Assembly: GCA_963825865.1 (NCBI GenBank)
Contig: CAWGVG010000005.1
Coordinates: forward strand, 32,001 to 96,000
Origin: an uncultured Nitrososphaeraceae archaeon
GTDB taxonomy: Archaea; Thermoproteota; Nitrososphaeria; Nitrososphaerales; Nitrososphaeraceae
Reading direction: 5' to 3'
DNA length: 64,000 bases
In this document: positions 1-12,734 of the stretch, one piece after another
Layout of the letters: each line of letters begins with the position of its first letter
How positions within the stretch are numbered: position 1 is the first letter of the stretch
Notes under the pieces: generated by a model
What the model was told of the DNA's origin: nothing
What the model saw: the letters and a program-made list of their open reading frames with translations, nothing else
The model's database searches: none
Made by a program: the position numbers and the translations under genes

Positions 1-1444
1 GCCGAAGGCTTGTACAGGGAACCAAACCAGGAATTTCTCAGAGGCGCCTTGATGCCTTTCTTGGGATTTTCTCCATGGCTTCAAAAGATGGTAACAGATA
101 ACAGAATAGAGTGTTATGGATGGCCCATAGGTGTTACTGCATATTGGTTCAGAGAAATAGGCTCTGGGAGACCTGGCCTTTTAACAAAAATAGGTGTGGA
201 TACTTTTCTTGACCCAAGGCAAGATAGCGCCGCATTAAATGAACTTGCGAAGAGAAATGCTTCGTGCCACGTTAGCGTTATCGATATTGATGGAGAAGAT
301 TATCTTCTGTACCAAGCTCCTAAACCAAATTATGCTATGATTAGAGCCTCCGTATCTGATGAGAATGGTAATCTTTCATTGCAAGATGAGGGTATCAGAG
401 GTACTGTTCTTAGCATTGCCCAAGCTACTAAAGCAGGAGGACCAAACCAAGGTAAGGTAATAGCACAAGTAAGATGGATAACAAAGTCTGGTACAATAAA
501 TCCAAGGGATGTAGACGTGCCTGGTCCACTAGTAAATTATACTGTTGTTTCTCCAAAAGATACCACTGGCAGTGTGGCAGCATCGAATACGATCCAAGAC
601 TATCTTATAAAATAATTCCGCCATCTACAGAGAATCTACTTGTAGACGGCATACCCAAAATATCGCTTGGAGGACATAAAAAGATAATAGCCAGAAGGAT
701 TCTATTGGAGTTGCTCAAATTATTTAAGACTAAGCAATCTCCTGTTTTGGTCAACCTAGGAATAGGTATCCCTGCTTTGATTTCATTAGTTGCAGCTGAG
801 GAGAATGTAACTGATTTCATAATAACGGTACTGAATCTGGGCCTTGGGGAGGGCTTGCTCTTTCAGGAAATGACTTTGGATTAGCAATAAGTCCTTTTGC
901 ACTCTCTACGATGCCAGATGTATTTTCCAATTTTGAGGGAGGAATAGTTGATGCAGCATCTCTTGGATTTCTTCAAGTTGACAAAAAAGGAAATGTGAAT
1001 CCTTCTATGTTACCAAATAGGATCTTCGGGCCAGGCGGCTTCCCAGTCATAGCCGGCGGAGTATCAAGAATATATTTTGCAGGTTCGTTTATGGGAGGAA
1101 AAAGTGACATTAGTGTATCAGATAACAAAATTAGAATTTTGCATGAAGGTACAATACCAAAGTTCATTGAAAGCGTGTTCAAAATTGTATTTAGTGGACA
1201 TCAAGCAATAAAATATGGACAAGAGATCATGTATATTACTGAAAGGGCAGTTTTTAGGCTAAATCAGAGGGGACTAGTTTTAGAAGAGATTGCTCCTGGA
1301 ATTGAACTACAACGCGACATTATATCCAAGATGATCTTTGAACCTGTAATAGGAAATTCGATAAAGGAAATGGATAGAAGGATATTCAACGAAGGAAAGA
1401 TGGGGATTAGAGATGAGGTTATGTGTCATACATTAAATACATAA
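1..1444 (+). CDS. Acyl-CoA:acetate/3-ketoacid CoA-transferase (YdiF/propionate CoA-transferase-like), 5'-truncated by window, split by frameshifts
   Basis: ORFs 10-615, 474-884 and 911-1444 carry consecutive motifs: GRPGLLTKIGVDTFLDPR, DENGNLS, VNLGIGIP, LGFLQVDKKGNVN..GPGGF, YITERAVFRL..LEEIAPGI. Confidence 0.8.
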
Positions 1445-1663
1445 CCGCCACTACTATTATTATCATCATCGTCATAATATTAGGTGTTTAATCCATGATC
1501 CAATTTGTAATCAATCTTTTTCTGCAAGATTAATTGTAAATATGTGGTGAACTCTATACAATAAATTCAACTCGCCTTTGCAGAATATGTGGTGTGTGTA
1601 TGTTATACAGATTCCTAGGTTTTTCTTTCTACCATTGTCTATAACATCCATTATGATATATAT

Positions 1664-1954
1664 ATGACATATATTTTCAATAAAAAGTACAGAGACAGAT
1701 TAGATATATTTTCAGAAATCCTTGAGCTGGGAAATGGCAATGAAGTAAGAATTGGTAATATTTCGCATAAATCTGGTCTTCCATATAATCTGCTAAAGAA
1801 ATACTTGGAAATACTGCTATACAATAATTTATTGGAATATCATAAAGAGGATAAAACCTATAAAACGACGAACAAAGGCATCCATTTACTTGGACTCTAT
1901 CATAATTTAGTAAATAATATGTTTCTTAGGTGTCGTACTTCCAGACATCATTGA
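1664..1954 (+). CDS. Small archaeal winged-helix transcription regulator
   Basis: KYRDRLDI..IL ... YLEILL..NLLEY...YKTTNKG pattern shared with 17396 and 55966 paralogues. Confidence 0.8.
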   Translation: MTYIFNKKYRDRLDIFSEILELGNGNEVRIGNISHKSGLPYNLLKKYLEILLYNNLLEYHKEDKTYKTTNKGIHLLGLYHNLVNNMFLRCRTSRHH

Positions 1955-2231
1955 CAAAACGATGCACTATCTATATGGAATAGAAGAAGAATAATGAAAC
2001 TACTACTACTAGTGAAGTAACTGTAATCAATTGGTTAACCATAATAGCAGATTCTATAGACCGATTGGAGATAATCAATTTTGAGGATGATAATGCAAAG
2101 ACAAAACTGTTCAGCGAGCATCTATGGCATGATAATAAAAAACAATTACCTTGCAAATAAGAAGCCAGAGCACAAAAAAATAATGCAATAATAATATCTT
2201 TATCTTCTATTATGGGTACAATTCATCTACT

Positions 2232-3281
2232 AGATCTCTTGTGTAATTAGAAGCTTAGAGCTATATTCCTCTTCACATAGGATATCTATCTGACAAGCTC
2301 TTTGATGTCCTATAGCAAATTATGTAAGAAACCTTTGATATTCAGGTCATTTACCGGAGTAACTGTATCTGAATTTGAATCCATTTGTAACGAAATTGAA
2401 CATAACTACGAAGAGCACGAAAGAAGACGTCTTCTATCAAGGACGAGAATACGGGATATAGGTGCTGGTAGACCATTTAAGACTTAAAGTTAAAGAAAGA
2501 TTCGTTATGCTTCTAGTATACTACAGATTATACATTACATATACATTATCAGGATTTCTGTTTGACCTTGATCAAAGCAATGTTTGTAGAGATATATCAA
2601 TGATGGAACCACTTATCAAGGAGTGTATTCCATTGCCAAAGAAGATATACAAACGTACTAGGAGATTAAGAACTATAGATGAAGTAGAAGAGTACTTTCC
2701 TGGATTCAAGGCTTTCATAGACTCTACAGAACAAGAAATTCCAAGACCTAAGAACAAAAGAAGAAGGAAGAGTTACTATTCAGGTAGAAAGAAGAAACAT
2801 ACTGTCAAGACACAATTGATGGTAAACAGTGAAGGATTGATACTGCATAAGACAGGTCACAGAAGTGGAAGAAAACATGATTATGACATTTACAAACACA
2901 ATCATTCTATAACTCCATCACAAGTTGAAAACATAGTTAATCTTGGTTATCTTGGCATTGAAAAGGACTTTCCCACTGTAAAGTCTGTACTTTGGTATCA
3001 AAAAGAAAAAGGGTACATTGCTTTCATGTGATGAAAGAACTTACAACAAGAATCATTCTAGGCTAAGGATCATAGTAGAACATACCATATGTAAGATCAA
3101 AAAGTTTGGAATAATGGGTATTAAATTTAGAAACAGATTAAGGAAGTACCAATAACGTATCTGATATAATATCCAGGTCTCCTGAACTTCAGAGTTATAC
3201 AGTCTGACAGCATTTCAATCTAAGAAGACGGCTAAAACAAGTAGGGTGTTAGACTATAGCTCCTAATTACGCAAGAGATCT
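2232..3281 (+). mobile_element. IS5-family (ISL2/IS702-like, DDE_Tnp_4) insertion sequence with frameshifted transposase
   Basis: Terminal inverted repeats AGATCTCTTGTGTAATTAGAAGCT / AGCTCCTAATTACGCAAGAGATCT (2 mismatches); 3-bp target duplication ACT at 2229-2231 and 3282-3284; transposase motifs FIDSTEQEIPRP, YYSGRKKKHTVK, RIIVEHTI in ~2302-3222. Confidence 0.9.
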
Positions 3282-3302
3282 ACTGTAATAATGGCTAACA
3301 CA

Positions 3303-3370
3303 ATGTTTTCTGAGAAAGAAGTGGAATATATTAAGTTGCAGCGTATTGCAAGATAGCCACAGCTGCATCA
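3303..3370 (+). pseudogene. 5' remnant of a PPOX-class F420-dependent oxidoreductase-like gene
   Basis: MFSEKEVEYIKLQRIAR(IATA) resembles the N-terminus of that family, then breaks off. Confidence 0.4.
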
Positions 3371-3504
3371 GTATCATCAAAAGAAGAAAGCGACAAGAAT
3401 CGAAAGAGTAAATGATTCTTACTTTTGTCAAGAACACAGATAAGCGATTCTATACAGTTCATGTCGAAAAGGCTAAAAGCATCAGTAATAATAATTTAAT
3501 CTGT

Positions 3505-4032
3505 ATGACTTCAGCATCAGAGAATATAAAAAGTGTCGCAGTATCTGATTTTATGACTAGAAATGTAAAAACGATTAAAGAAAATGAAGCTATGAGACAA
3601 GCATGTAAATTAATGTATCAAGACAATATAGGAAGTATAGTTATCATAAAAAAGCATACTGACGGTCATGAGGCCGACACATCAGATGCTAAAATGAAGA
3701 ATGAGATACCGGTAGGAATAGTTACTGAGAGAGATATTGCTAGAATGGTAGGATTTTCAGCCAAGTTTTTTGCTGATATGACAGTCTCAGAGGTTATGAG
3801 TAAGCCTCTAATAACAATTAACTCCGATACATCAGTAAAAGATGCAGTAGCTTTGATGGAGGAAAAAGACATCAGGAGATTGCCGATTGTTGATAACGAA
3901 GGACAAATGGTAGGTATAATTACTGCTAAGGATATTTTTAAAGCATTTATGAAGATCTTTAAGCAAAGTGTGAAGGTCCAAGATTTAACGTCCGACGGCT
4001 TTGACCTGTTGGGACTAATTGGAGTAGAATAG
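3505..4032 (+). CDS. CBS-domain pair protein
   Basis: VSDFMTRNV...IGSIVI...GIVTERDI...VMSKPLITI...IRRLPIVD; the ORF track starts at 3412 but MTSASEN at 3505 is the more likely start. Confidence 0.9.
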   Translation: MTSASENIKSVAVSDFMTRNVKTIKENEAMRQACKLMYQDNIGSIVIIKKHTDGHEADTSDAKMKNEIPVGIVTERDIARMVGFSAKFFADMTVSEVMSKPLITINSDTSVKDAVALMEEKDIRRLPIVDNEGQMVGIITAKDIFKAFMKIFKQSVKVQDLTSDGFDLLGLIGVE

Positions 4033-4235
4033 CCTATCGCCTATTGCCCTATAGAGCATCTGAACGTTATTTACATAATATAGAACTGCGGGATTAACGT
4101 ACATATACGTTCCCAGAAATTGGTGTTATATGTCTGTTAATTTGTGTGTATTAGTCTTTCCTAGTATTGCTGTTTTATTTTGTTGTTTACTCTTTTAATA
4201 CTTCCAAATGTTGTTCTTATCCTCTTCTATTATTA

Positions 4236-5300
<1,065 letters not shown>

Positions 5301-5604
5301 TTTTCCTTTCTCTATTATTTCTTATATTGTAATGTATATTCCTTCTTTTCGGCAGTACCTAATATCATCATGATCCTATAAGCTTATGGATACATATCTT
5401 AAATGCAAATTGCAAGGACAATCACACTTGCTTAGACTTAGCCAGGTGGTTTATCAACGATGTTACTCATAACCATCTGGTGAAAATTTTCCTTTCATAT
5501 TAAAATTAAATAGGATATATCATTATCATTTTATTATCACATGTGCGTCTATGGCCAGCAAAATATCCTGTCAAAACATTCCTATAACAAGTGCAAATCC
5601 TTTG

Positions 5605-6708
5605 CTATGGAACAATTACCGCTCTACCTTCTATATTTCCTACTGCAAGTGAATCTATTGCTTTATTTATTTCTGTAAGCGGAAAACTCTGTATGCTGTG
5701 TTTTATCTTTTGATGTTTTGCTAATTCTATAACTTCTCGTACTCATTATAATTTCCCCAAAGTGAACATATAACTTGATATTCATTTATTACAGCTGAAA
5801 TCAAAGGCATATTTATCTGTCCTCCGAATAGACCAACCATCACTAATACTCCGCCCTTACTTAATGTTCTCACAGAATTTCTTATTGTCTCTTCTGTGCC
5901 TACACAGTCAATAACAACATTAAGCTCATTGCCACCAGTCTTTTGTAATACTTCTTTTTTTATGTCCTGTTGCATCTTTGCATTTATAGTATAATCTGCT
6001 CCAAGTCTTTCTGCTAACTCCAACTTTCTATCATTAACATCAATTGCTATCACATTTGAACCTGCACCAAATATTTTTGCGTATTGTACACCGTAAATCC
6101 AAGTCCTCCTACGCCAACTATTGCAATATTCGTTCCTGGTGCTAACAGATGCCTGATTTTTTTTATTGCCCTGTACGGCGTTAATCCCGCATCAGTCAAA
6201 GCTACCAGAGCCTCAGGCTTTATATTGTATTTTTGGTAATCTTTCACATTTACCAAAAACCTGTATGATGGCACTAAAATATACTCAGAATATCCTCCAT
6301 CATGCGATGAAGATAGTCCAGGCCATGTTGGATTTATACATAGTTGTTCATCGCCATTTTTGCAATGAATGCAAATTCCACATCCCCATCCCCCAAACAC
6401 AGCTACCAGGTCACCTATGTCTAAAACTCCTTTGGGAACAGAATTTCCCAGTTCTTCAATCCAACCTGCCACTTCATGTCCTGGTGTAATTGGTAATTGT
6501 ATTGGAATGATATCCTTCCATTCACCACTTATCAAATGCAAATCACTGTGGCATAGGCCTGCGGCTGCTACTTTAACTAAAACTTGCTCCCCTGTAGATA
6601 TTCTCGGTTTTGGAATATCATCGATAGATAGCAGTCTTTGGTATTCGTGAATCCTTGCAGAAAGAATAGTGGTAGCATTCTTTTCCTAATCCTTGTTGTT
6701 GCGGTCAT
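5605..6708 (-). CDS. Zn-dependent NAD(P) alcohol dehydrogenase, frameshifted
   Basis: GLCHSD, GHEVAG, CGICIHC..GDEQLC, DAGLTPYRA, GVGGLG, terminal GRAVIVP; 5' end approximate. Confidence 0.85.
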
Positions 6709-6837
6709 AGATATATCTCTCTTGTCCCATGGTAATACTCTAGGAAATAATATTTAGTGATTTCTAATTGTTGTTTTAATAATGGAAAGTATTCCTTGTG
6801 TATATATTCCATGAAAAATCTATCATGCTCTGATTTG

Positions 6838-7254
6838 CTAGTCAATATTAGAATGTAAGACATAAAGAGCTTCTAGGATGATGTGTTTGTCCTTAGAGTT
6901 ATACACTATTTGCTTTAAGAATTCTAATAATTTATCATCCTTGTATAGACTAAACTTAATTGACTTTTGTCTAAGTTTTTGCATATATGTAAGCCTTAGA
7001 TCGTCATCTTCAGGAAGGCTAGAACATTCGTCTATGAATTCATGAATTTCTTCTAATCTTTCCTTATTTGGATGACTTGTATTTATATCATAACCCATGG
7101 ATATCGGTTTAGAAACAGCTATAACTTGCTGCCGTCCTGCATCATGGACCTGATTGTTTTTAATTATTTTTTCGATTTGTTCTTTAGTTATAGTTTTATG
7201 TTTTAAATGGTAAGCCTGCCTTTCATTATCATTAATTATTTTCATATCCTCCAA
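6838..7254 (-). CDS. Hypothetical protein (possibly a fragment)
   Basis: 138-aa ORF with no recognisable motif. Confidence 0.4.
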   Translation of the reverse strand: MEDMKIINDNERQAYHLKHKTITKEQIEKIIKNNQVHDAGRQQVIAVSKPISMGYDINTSHPNKERLEEIHEFIDECSSLPEDDDLRLTYMQKLRQKSIKFSLYKDDKLLEFLKQIVYNSKDKHIILEALYVLHSNID

Positions 7255-7282
7255 GAACTGTTGGTTTAGAAGAAATCTATCA

Positions 7283-7655
7283 TTGACTGGTTTGTATTAT
7301 CGTTTTTCTAACTATGGTGAAAGCATAGCTAAGCCAGCTATAATTGGTGCAATAACGATAGGGCTTTCAGCATTATTTTGGCACATTCAAAATAACCCAA
7401 TAGCAGAACCTTCTCTTTCTGTTATTCCTAATGCAACTTCTAATTTTATTAATTTGGCTCAGATTCTGGAATCATTTACATTTGCTAAAGGCCTTTGAAA
7501 GAAGCGTTGTAGATTTTGATCCCATACTTTCCCCAGGAAGTGATATCAAAGTCGGTATAATTGACTACGTTGTTAAAATAGTAGGCGGTGGTCTCACCTT
7601 TGGTCTTCTTCTAATAGCTTTAAGGCGCAAGTTTGAAAGAAAACATACACGTTAA
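7283..7655 (+). pseudogene. C-terminal membrane segment of a larger protein (pentapeptide-repeat-protein-like tail), frameshifted
   Basis: LYYRFSNYGESIAKP ... GLLLIALRRKFERK tail with no N-terminal portion. Confidence 0.5.
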
Positions 7656-7677
7656 TTACAGTCGATAGCAACAATAT

Positions 7678-7926
7678 TTAGTCTTTGAAAGTCAACTTAA
7701 TTGTTACATTTTTTATATTATTATTATGTTCTGATACAAACCTGATAGCATCTTTAACTACAGTTGCATTGGTTAATAGATCTAACTTCATAGAATAGCA
7801 TTCTTTTGCTAATGACAAGGCCTGTATCTTTTCTCTATTATCACTTGAATGATATGATGTATTCCAGGCTTCTTTTAGAATTGCTGTCAAACCTGTAAGG
7901 ACTTTCTTATACTCTTCTGGTAACAT
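7678..7926 (-). pseudogene. C-terminal fragment of a thaumarchaeal HTH-helical protein (paralogue of 20247-20699)
   Basis: LP..Y...L.GL..ILKEAW...KIQALSLAKECY aligns by eye with LPFMHQISIEGIRDIIKECW...RISALKLAKECN. Confidence 0.6.
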
Positions 7927-8124
7927 GCAATGCCTCTATATGGAATAGAAGAAGAATGAAAGGATGTGATATATTTTATGAAAATGACTTAACACGAAAA
8001 GAAAGTCAGTCTCATTAGCTTTGAAGGTAATAAGATAATGCAATGAAGCTATCAATATGGAATTAGGCTACAAACTACAGTAGAGAATAACATATATTAA
8101 TCAAGCCGATAGTGATCTTTTTTC

Positions 8125-9117
8125 ATGGCTATAATGCATAATCCCAGAAAGGAGGCATTCAAGTATTCTTTGTTTCCTAGAATTAATAATAAAAATAGTA
8201 GCAGAATGAAAAAAAGAATAGTATATCCTTCTACTTGTTCTTGTCATATAACAGCAACTATATTGTCAGCATTGCTTCTATTTTATATGTCATCTGCTAT
8301 TCCAAGTAACTTAACATATAGTAATAATAAAAATATAGCAAATGCACAAGAGCAGTCATCAACACCAACATCAATCCCACTAACTAAAGCCAATGGAGCT
8401 AATAATAATAATACTATTCCAATTGCTGAATCTGTATACTCATTACAATCAATGTCGTTACCAATGTCAGTCGGCTCGTTTGTTTGGTATATAGTAGATG
8501 AAGCACACGAGAATACTGTTAGTGAATCACATAAGAAAATTTCTGATCACAATCCAGACTATCTTCCCACTAATCTTATAATGCCACAGGGAGTTAATTT
8601 ATCGTTCCTTGATGCTGATGCTCCATGGGATACTCCTCGTCCGCATACAATCAATATAGTGGAAAGCACTTCTGGAAATGTAATATATACTACTGGAAAA
8701 CTGGGATATACAAACAGTTCTCAACCAACAACCTTGCCCGTTGGAAAATATAATGTAATAGATACAAAGTATCCATGGATGAAAGGCGCTATAACTGTGA
8801 CAGATCAAAAAACTAATGGTAATCTAGTAATGGGTGGATTCTATACCCCAACCAATCAAGTAGCAAATAACCTAGATAATGATGGTGGAGCTCATCCTGG
8901 ATGGCTGAGATTTTACACAAACGAATTTCCAAAAAATGGCTTTAAAATTTTAAGTGAATACAACTTCCATTATGCTACTTGTAAATACTGTCCAGAAGCA
9001 TTTTGGCCAGATCAAAAAACAGCAGATCATACACTTATTATATATAGCACGAATCAACCTCTTTCAGAAGCTCTTATGAAATTAGGCAAAATGGTCTGGG
9101 ATAATGTCTATATATAA
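8125..9117 (+). CDS. Secreted cupredoxin-like protein lacking the type-1 Cys
   Basis: Signal/TM segment, IVDEAHE, YLPTNL..PQG..LSFLDAD..PHTINI, YPWMKGAITV; homologous to 35581-36582. Confidence 0.6.
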   Translation: MAIMHNPRKEAFKYSLFPRINNKNSSRMKKRIVYPSTCSCHITATILSALLLFYMSSAIPSNLTYSNNKNIANAQEQSSTPTSIPLTKANGANNNNTIPIAESVYSLQSMSLPMSVGSFVWYIVDEAHENTVSESHKKISDHNPDYLPTNLIMPQGVNLSFLDADAPWDTPRPHTINIVESTSGNVIYTTGKLGYTNSSQPTTLPVGKYNVIDTKYPWMKGAITVTDQKTNGNLVMGGFYTPTNQVANNLDNDGGAHPGWLRFYTNEFPKNGFKILSEYNFHYATCKYCPEAFWPDQKTADHTLIIYSTNQPLSEALMKLGKMVWDNVYI

Positions 9118-9368
9118 AAAAGAATGATTTAGATCTAACCATACCTCCTTAAACAATGCAAAGTTGGCTGTTTTAGTCCTTCTTTGGAGTATGTGCATGC
9201 TGAGATGGCTGATATAGCAAAAGTATAAAGCCTTGATTTGATAGGCATCCTAGCAAATGATACTTCAGGAGTTTTATTGAAACTCTTAATATTACCACAC
9301 ATATTCTCGAAAATCAAAAAATAACTCATAGGGAGCGCTGAAATTCTTATATTGTATTTTAGACATAG

Positions 9369-9992
9369 TTGTTTATGCTAAAATGGATGTATTTCTCATT
9401 TATAGTCTTAACTTCCTTTATAGCTGTGATAATTAGTAATAACAATAAAACTGATCTTACATTAGTTCTTGCTCAGGCAGCTACTAACAATAATAATACT
9501 TTACAAGCGCCATTATCATCACCCTCAGCAATAACTCATGACGTAAAAATAACATCTCCTACTAAAGGCCAACAAGTCCCAATAGGAAAAGACATTACAA
9601 TCACAGGTACTTCTTTAGCTAATCCAAATTCTAATTGTCAAATAACTGTAATTGTTAATCATGTAAAACCTTATCAACCTGCTACTGGAGCTGGACCAGG
9701 AGGATCTAAAGACTACTCAAAATGGAACTTTGTACTCAGTTCTAAATATACTACTATTCATCAAGGACAAAATAAAATTACAGCCAAATATAATTGCAGT
9801 AGCGCTAATCCTGGTGGATTATCGTTTAATAGTGTAAACGTTACTGGAGTGCCATCTGCTGTAATTTCTGCAGCAACAATACAACTATCACATCAGCAAC
9901 AACAACAACAACAATCAGTAACAGCAGAAAACAATAATTCTAATACTGCAATATCATCATCTGAATCAAGCGGAATTCCAGGAATACCCTAG
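9369..9992 (+). CDS. Secreted Ig-like domain protein
   Basis: Signal peptide; VKITSPTKGQQVP..ITITGTS...C.....N...YQ...DYSKWNF...GQNKITAKYNC. Confidence 0.65.
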   Translation: MFMLKWMYFSFIVLTSFIAVIISNNNKTDLTLVLAQAATNNNNTLQAPLSSPSAITHDVKITSPTKGQQVPIGKDITITGTSLANPNSNCQITVIVNHVKPYQPATGAGPGGSKDYSKWNFVLSSKYTTIHQGQNKITAKYNCSSANPGGLSFNSVNVTGVPSAVISAATIQLSHQQQQQQQSVTAENNNSNTAISSSESSGIPGIP

Positions 9993-10221
9993 TCTAAATA
10001 ACAGTAATTGAAGGAGTACTGTGTAGAAAGAGCAAGGAAAATGAAAAGGGAGTTATTGGCACAATCAAAATTGGTACAAGGTCTCAATTAGAGTAGATGA
10101 AATATCTAAATGATAAAAACAGTTTTTCATAAAACCGCATTATTCTGAACGAAGAAAAACAATATGAAATAGAGAGTATATATACATGGACCAAGAACCT
10201 ATCATTTTCTTTAAATAACAC

Positions 10222-11338
10222 TATACTGACTAACAAAATTGCGTATAGTTAGTTTACTTTTATTGTTCATTATGTATTTAGCTTAGGAATATGACTTGAA
10301 ACAACGTGGTCCTTTCATCTCAACACTTGGACTATGCTTACAGACATGAGTCTGACGCTAATATGCGAGAAAGGATTTTTCTGGTAAGGCGTGTTAAAGT
10401 GGATAAGGAAGAAGCCGCAAGTGTGGCTGAGTTAGAACTTCACAGATCCAGAGGATGGGCCTACAAGTGGTTGAAAAGATACGATAATAATGAAAATCTG
10501 GAAGGTTTGAAAGATAAACCTCGTAGCGGTAGACCTCCTGATATAACTGAAGAGAAGTTATTAGGGATAAAAAAGGAACTATCTGAAAATCCATCAGGAT
10601 GGAGGGCTAAGGAAATTATGAATATAATTTACAAGAAAACAGGTGTCAGGTATCATGAGGTTCATATATACAGGCTATTACATAAGTGGGGTTTCAGTCC
10701 TAAAGTCCCAAGAAAGAGGTTTGTCAACACTGCATCAAAGAAAGAAAAGAAGCAGTTCAAAAAAAGATTGAGGAGATAATCTCTTCCATACCTAAAGATT
10801 TCACAGTTGCAGTAGAAGATGAATCGATATTCATGCATGATGCTGTGATTAGGAGAAAAATGTGGACTCCTGAAAGTATCCACCCTGTAGTAACCGTTAC
10901 AGGCTCACACCAGAAAACTTGTGTATTTGTGAGTACTCAGCATCGACGGAATTCAATTCTTTCGGCAATACAGTACCTTCAACCAAGATATGTTTCTGCA
11001 GTATCTGAAGAAATTACAAAAGAAGTTTGGAAAAAAACTAATACTGTTTTTAGATAGAGCGGCTCAACACTATCGCTCAATTAAGGTCAGAAAATATTTG
11101 GAAGAAAAGAAGGATATCATTAGAGTTGAATACTTGCCAAAAGGTTCACCTGAATTCAACGCTATCGAAGAATGTTGGAGACAGGGAAAAGATGACTTAC
11201 TGGTTTCAAGATATTATCCCAAATTCCAAAATCTAAAGAAGGCTATTGCTGAGTATTATAGGACAAAACGGTTCAATCTTGATATAGTCAAGTATTTGTT
11301 AAGGAACGTAAGTTAACGAACTTATGTTAATGAGTATA
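10222..11338 (+). mobile_element. IS630-family insertion sequence
   Basis: OrfA HTH (KPRSGRPP, LHKWGFSPKVPR) at 10306-10779; slippery A-AAA-AAG at 10759-10766 leads into the -1 frame DDE domain (EDESIF, LDRAAQH, LPKGSPEFNAIEECW); one extra indel near 10930; imperfect TIRs TATACTGACTAACA / TGTTAATGAGTATA with TA ends. Confidence 0.88.
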
Positions 11339-11369
11339 GATAGGATCTCTCTCAAATTGAGAATAAATA

Positions 11370-11576
11370 TTGATAGTAATAATAACAACAATAATCCGGT
11401 TTCAAGGGGGGTGGCAGGGAGATGCGTATCGCAACTTTGTCAACTCGCTAAACTCATCTGTAACCAGGGCTGAATATTCAAAATGGTTTGATTATTATCT
11501 CAAGTATCTAAACAAATACGATAAGGATGGCGATTACCATGTGCTATTACAAGAACTTCCAAAGCTTGTCGAGTAG
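11370..11576 (+). pseudogene. N-terminal fragment of a tyrosine recombinase
   Basis: AYRNFVNSLNS..TR.EY...F..YLKYL resembles the core-binding N-terminus of archaeal integrases; no catalytic domain follows. Confidence 0.5.
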
Positions 11577-11596
11577 CGTATATTAGCTATCATTTA

Positions 11597-11932
11597 TTAG
11601 ATTGCATCTTCTCCTCTCTTTTTAGTTGCTATATCTACTGCAATGGGTGTACATCTACAACAAATATTTTTCCTCCCAATTCACTACTACCCAATCTATC
11701 TGTAATCTTTGATATTAATTCTTCAACTTGTTCATCTTTAACAACTCCACCTTAGTTCTTGGCATATATTCTGGTTGTGTTTGTGAAGCCTTTGAGCAGT
11801 AACAGGTTGCGGTTTTACTCTTCCACTTCCTTCTATTCTATAATGACTCATTCCTCCAACATTTACCTCTTTTAGTATCCCATGTGCATCTGCCAACATT
11901 CTATGTGGTATTATTATTTCAATTCGTTTCAT
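11597..11932 (-). CDS. P-II nitrogen regulatory protein, frameshifted
   Basis: MKRIEIIIP...GGMSHYRIEGSGR; downstream frames give RTKVE.VVKDEQVE, GGKIFV and IATKKRGEDAI*. Confidence 0.8.
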
Positions 11933-12257
11933 AACAATTTAATAAAACAGAGATATGATATAGTCTTTACTAGTTACCTTATATTCTCATTTTTAATAAC
12001 ATACTTGCTGCTGTTATTTAGTCAGGTTGTCTTCCTTGCTGAGCCTTCTATCGATGCACCAGAAAATGCTATTGCGGTATCAGACTATCTATCCTGTAGA
12101 TTGGCAAAAGAAACAAGAAATTACAGATGATGAATTTAACATTATCATATAGTTCAGTTACAATGCTCTTCATCTTTGAACTACATTTTAGATATGCAGA
12201 GTTATGATACATCTAAAATAATCTTAAGTTAATCGGACCTGTTAATAGAGATGATAT

Positions 12258-12707
12258 TTATATATAGTATTCTAATATTTTTTCAATATTGTCTTTTTCT
12301 TCGTCATTTGTATATTCTTGATATCTTGTAAAGTCGAGTGGAGTAATTATACCAACAGGTTTATTTAAATCACTTTTATCATCATTATCAACGACGAGTA
12401 AATGTCTTACATTGTTTTGCAACATCATATCAGCTGCTACTGATGGTGATGATAGAGAATTAATAGTAATAAGAGGAGAAGACATTATCTCTCTATTTGT
12501 AACTGCGTTGGTACTTTTATCATTAATACATACCTTTCTAACTAGATCACGTTCAGTGACTAAACCTTGTGGTTTGCCATTTCCATCAACTACTACTAAT
12601 GAACTAACATTCTTATCTTTCATTTTCTTGGCTGCTTGTTGAACTGAAGCCATTTCTTCAATGGTTTCTAGTTTTTTGTTCATTATGTGGCTGATCTTTG
12701 TAGTCAT
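12258..12707 (-). CDS. CBS-domain pair protein
   Basis: ISHIMNKK...VSSLVVVD..GKPQGLVTERDL...IMSSPLITI...VRHLLVVD. Confidence 0.9.
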   Translation of the reverse strand: MTTKISHIMNKKLETIEEMASVQQAAKKMKDKNVSSLVVVDGNGKPQGLVTERDLVRKVCINDKSTNAVTNREIMSSPLITINSLSSPSVAADMMLQNNVRHLLVVDNDDKSDLNKPVGIITPLDFTRYQEYTNDEEKDNIEKILEYYI

Positions 12708-12734
12708 GGTAATGTATCCAATTACTTACCTATT

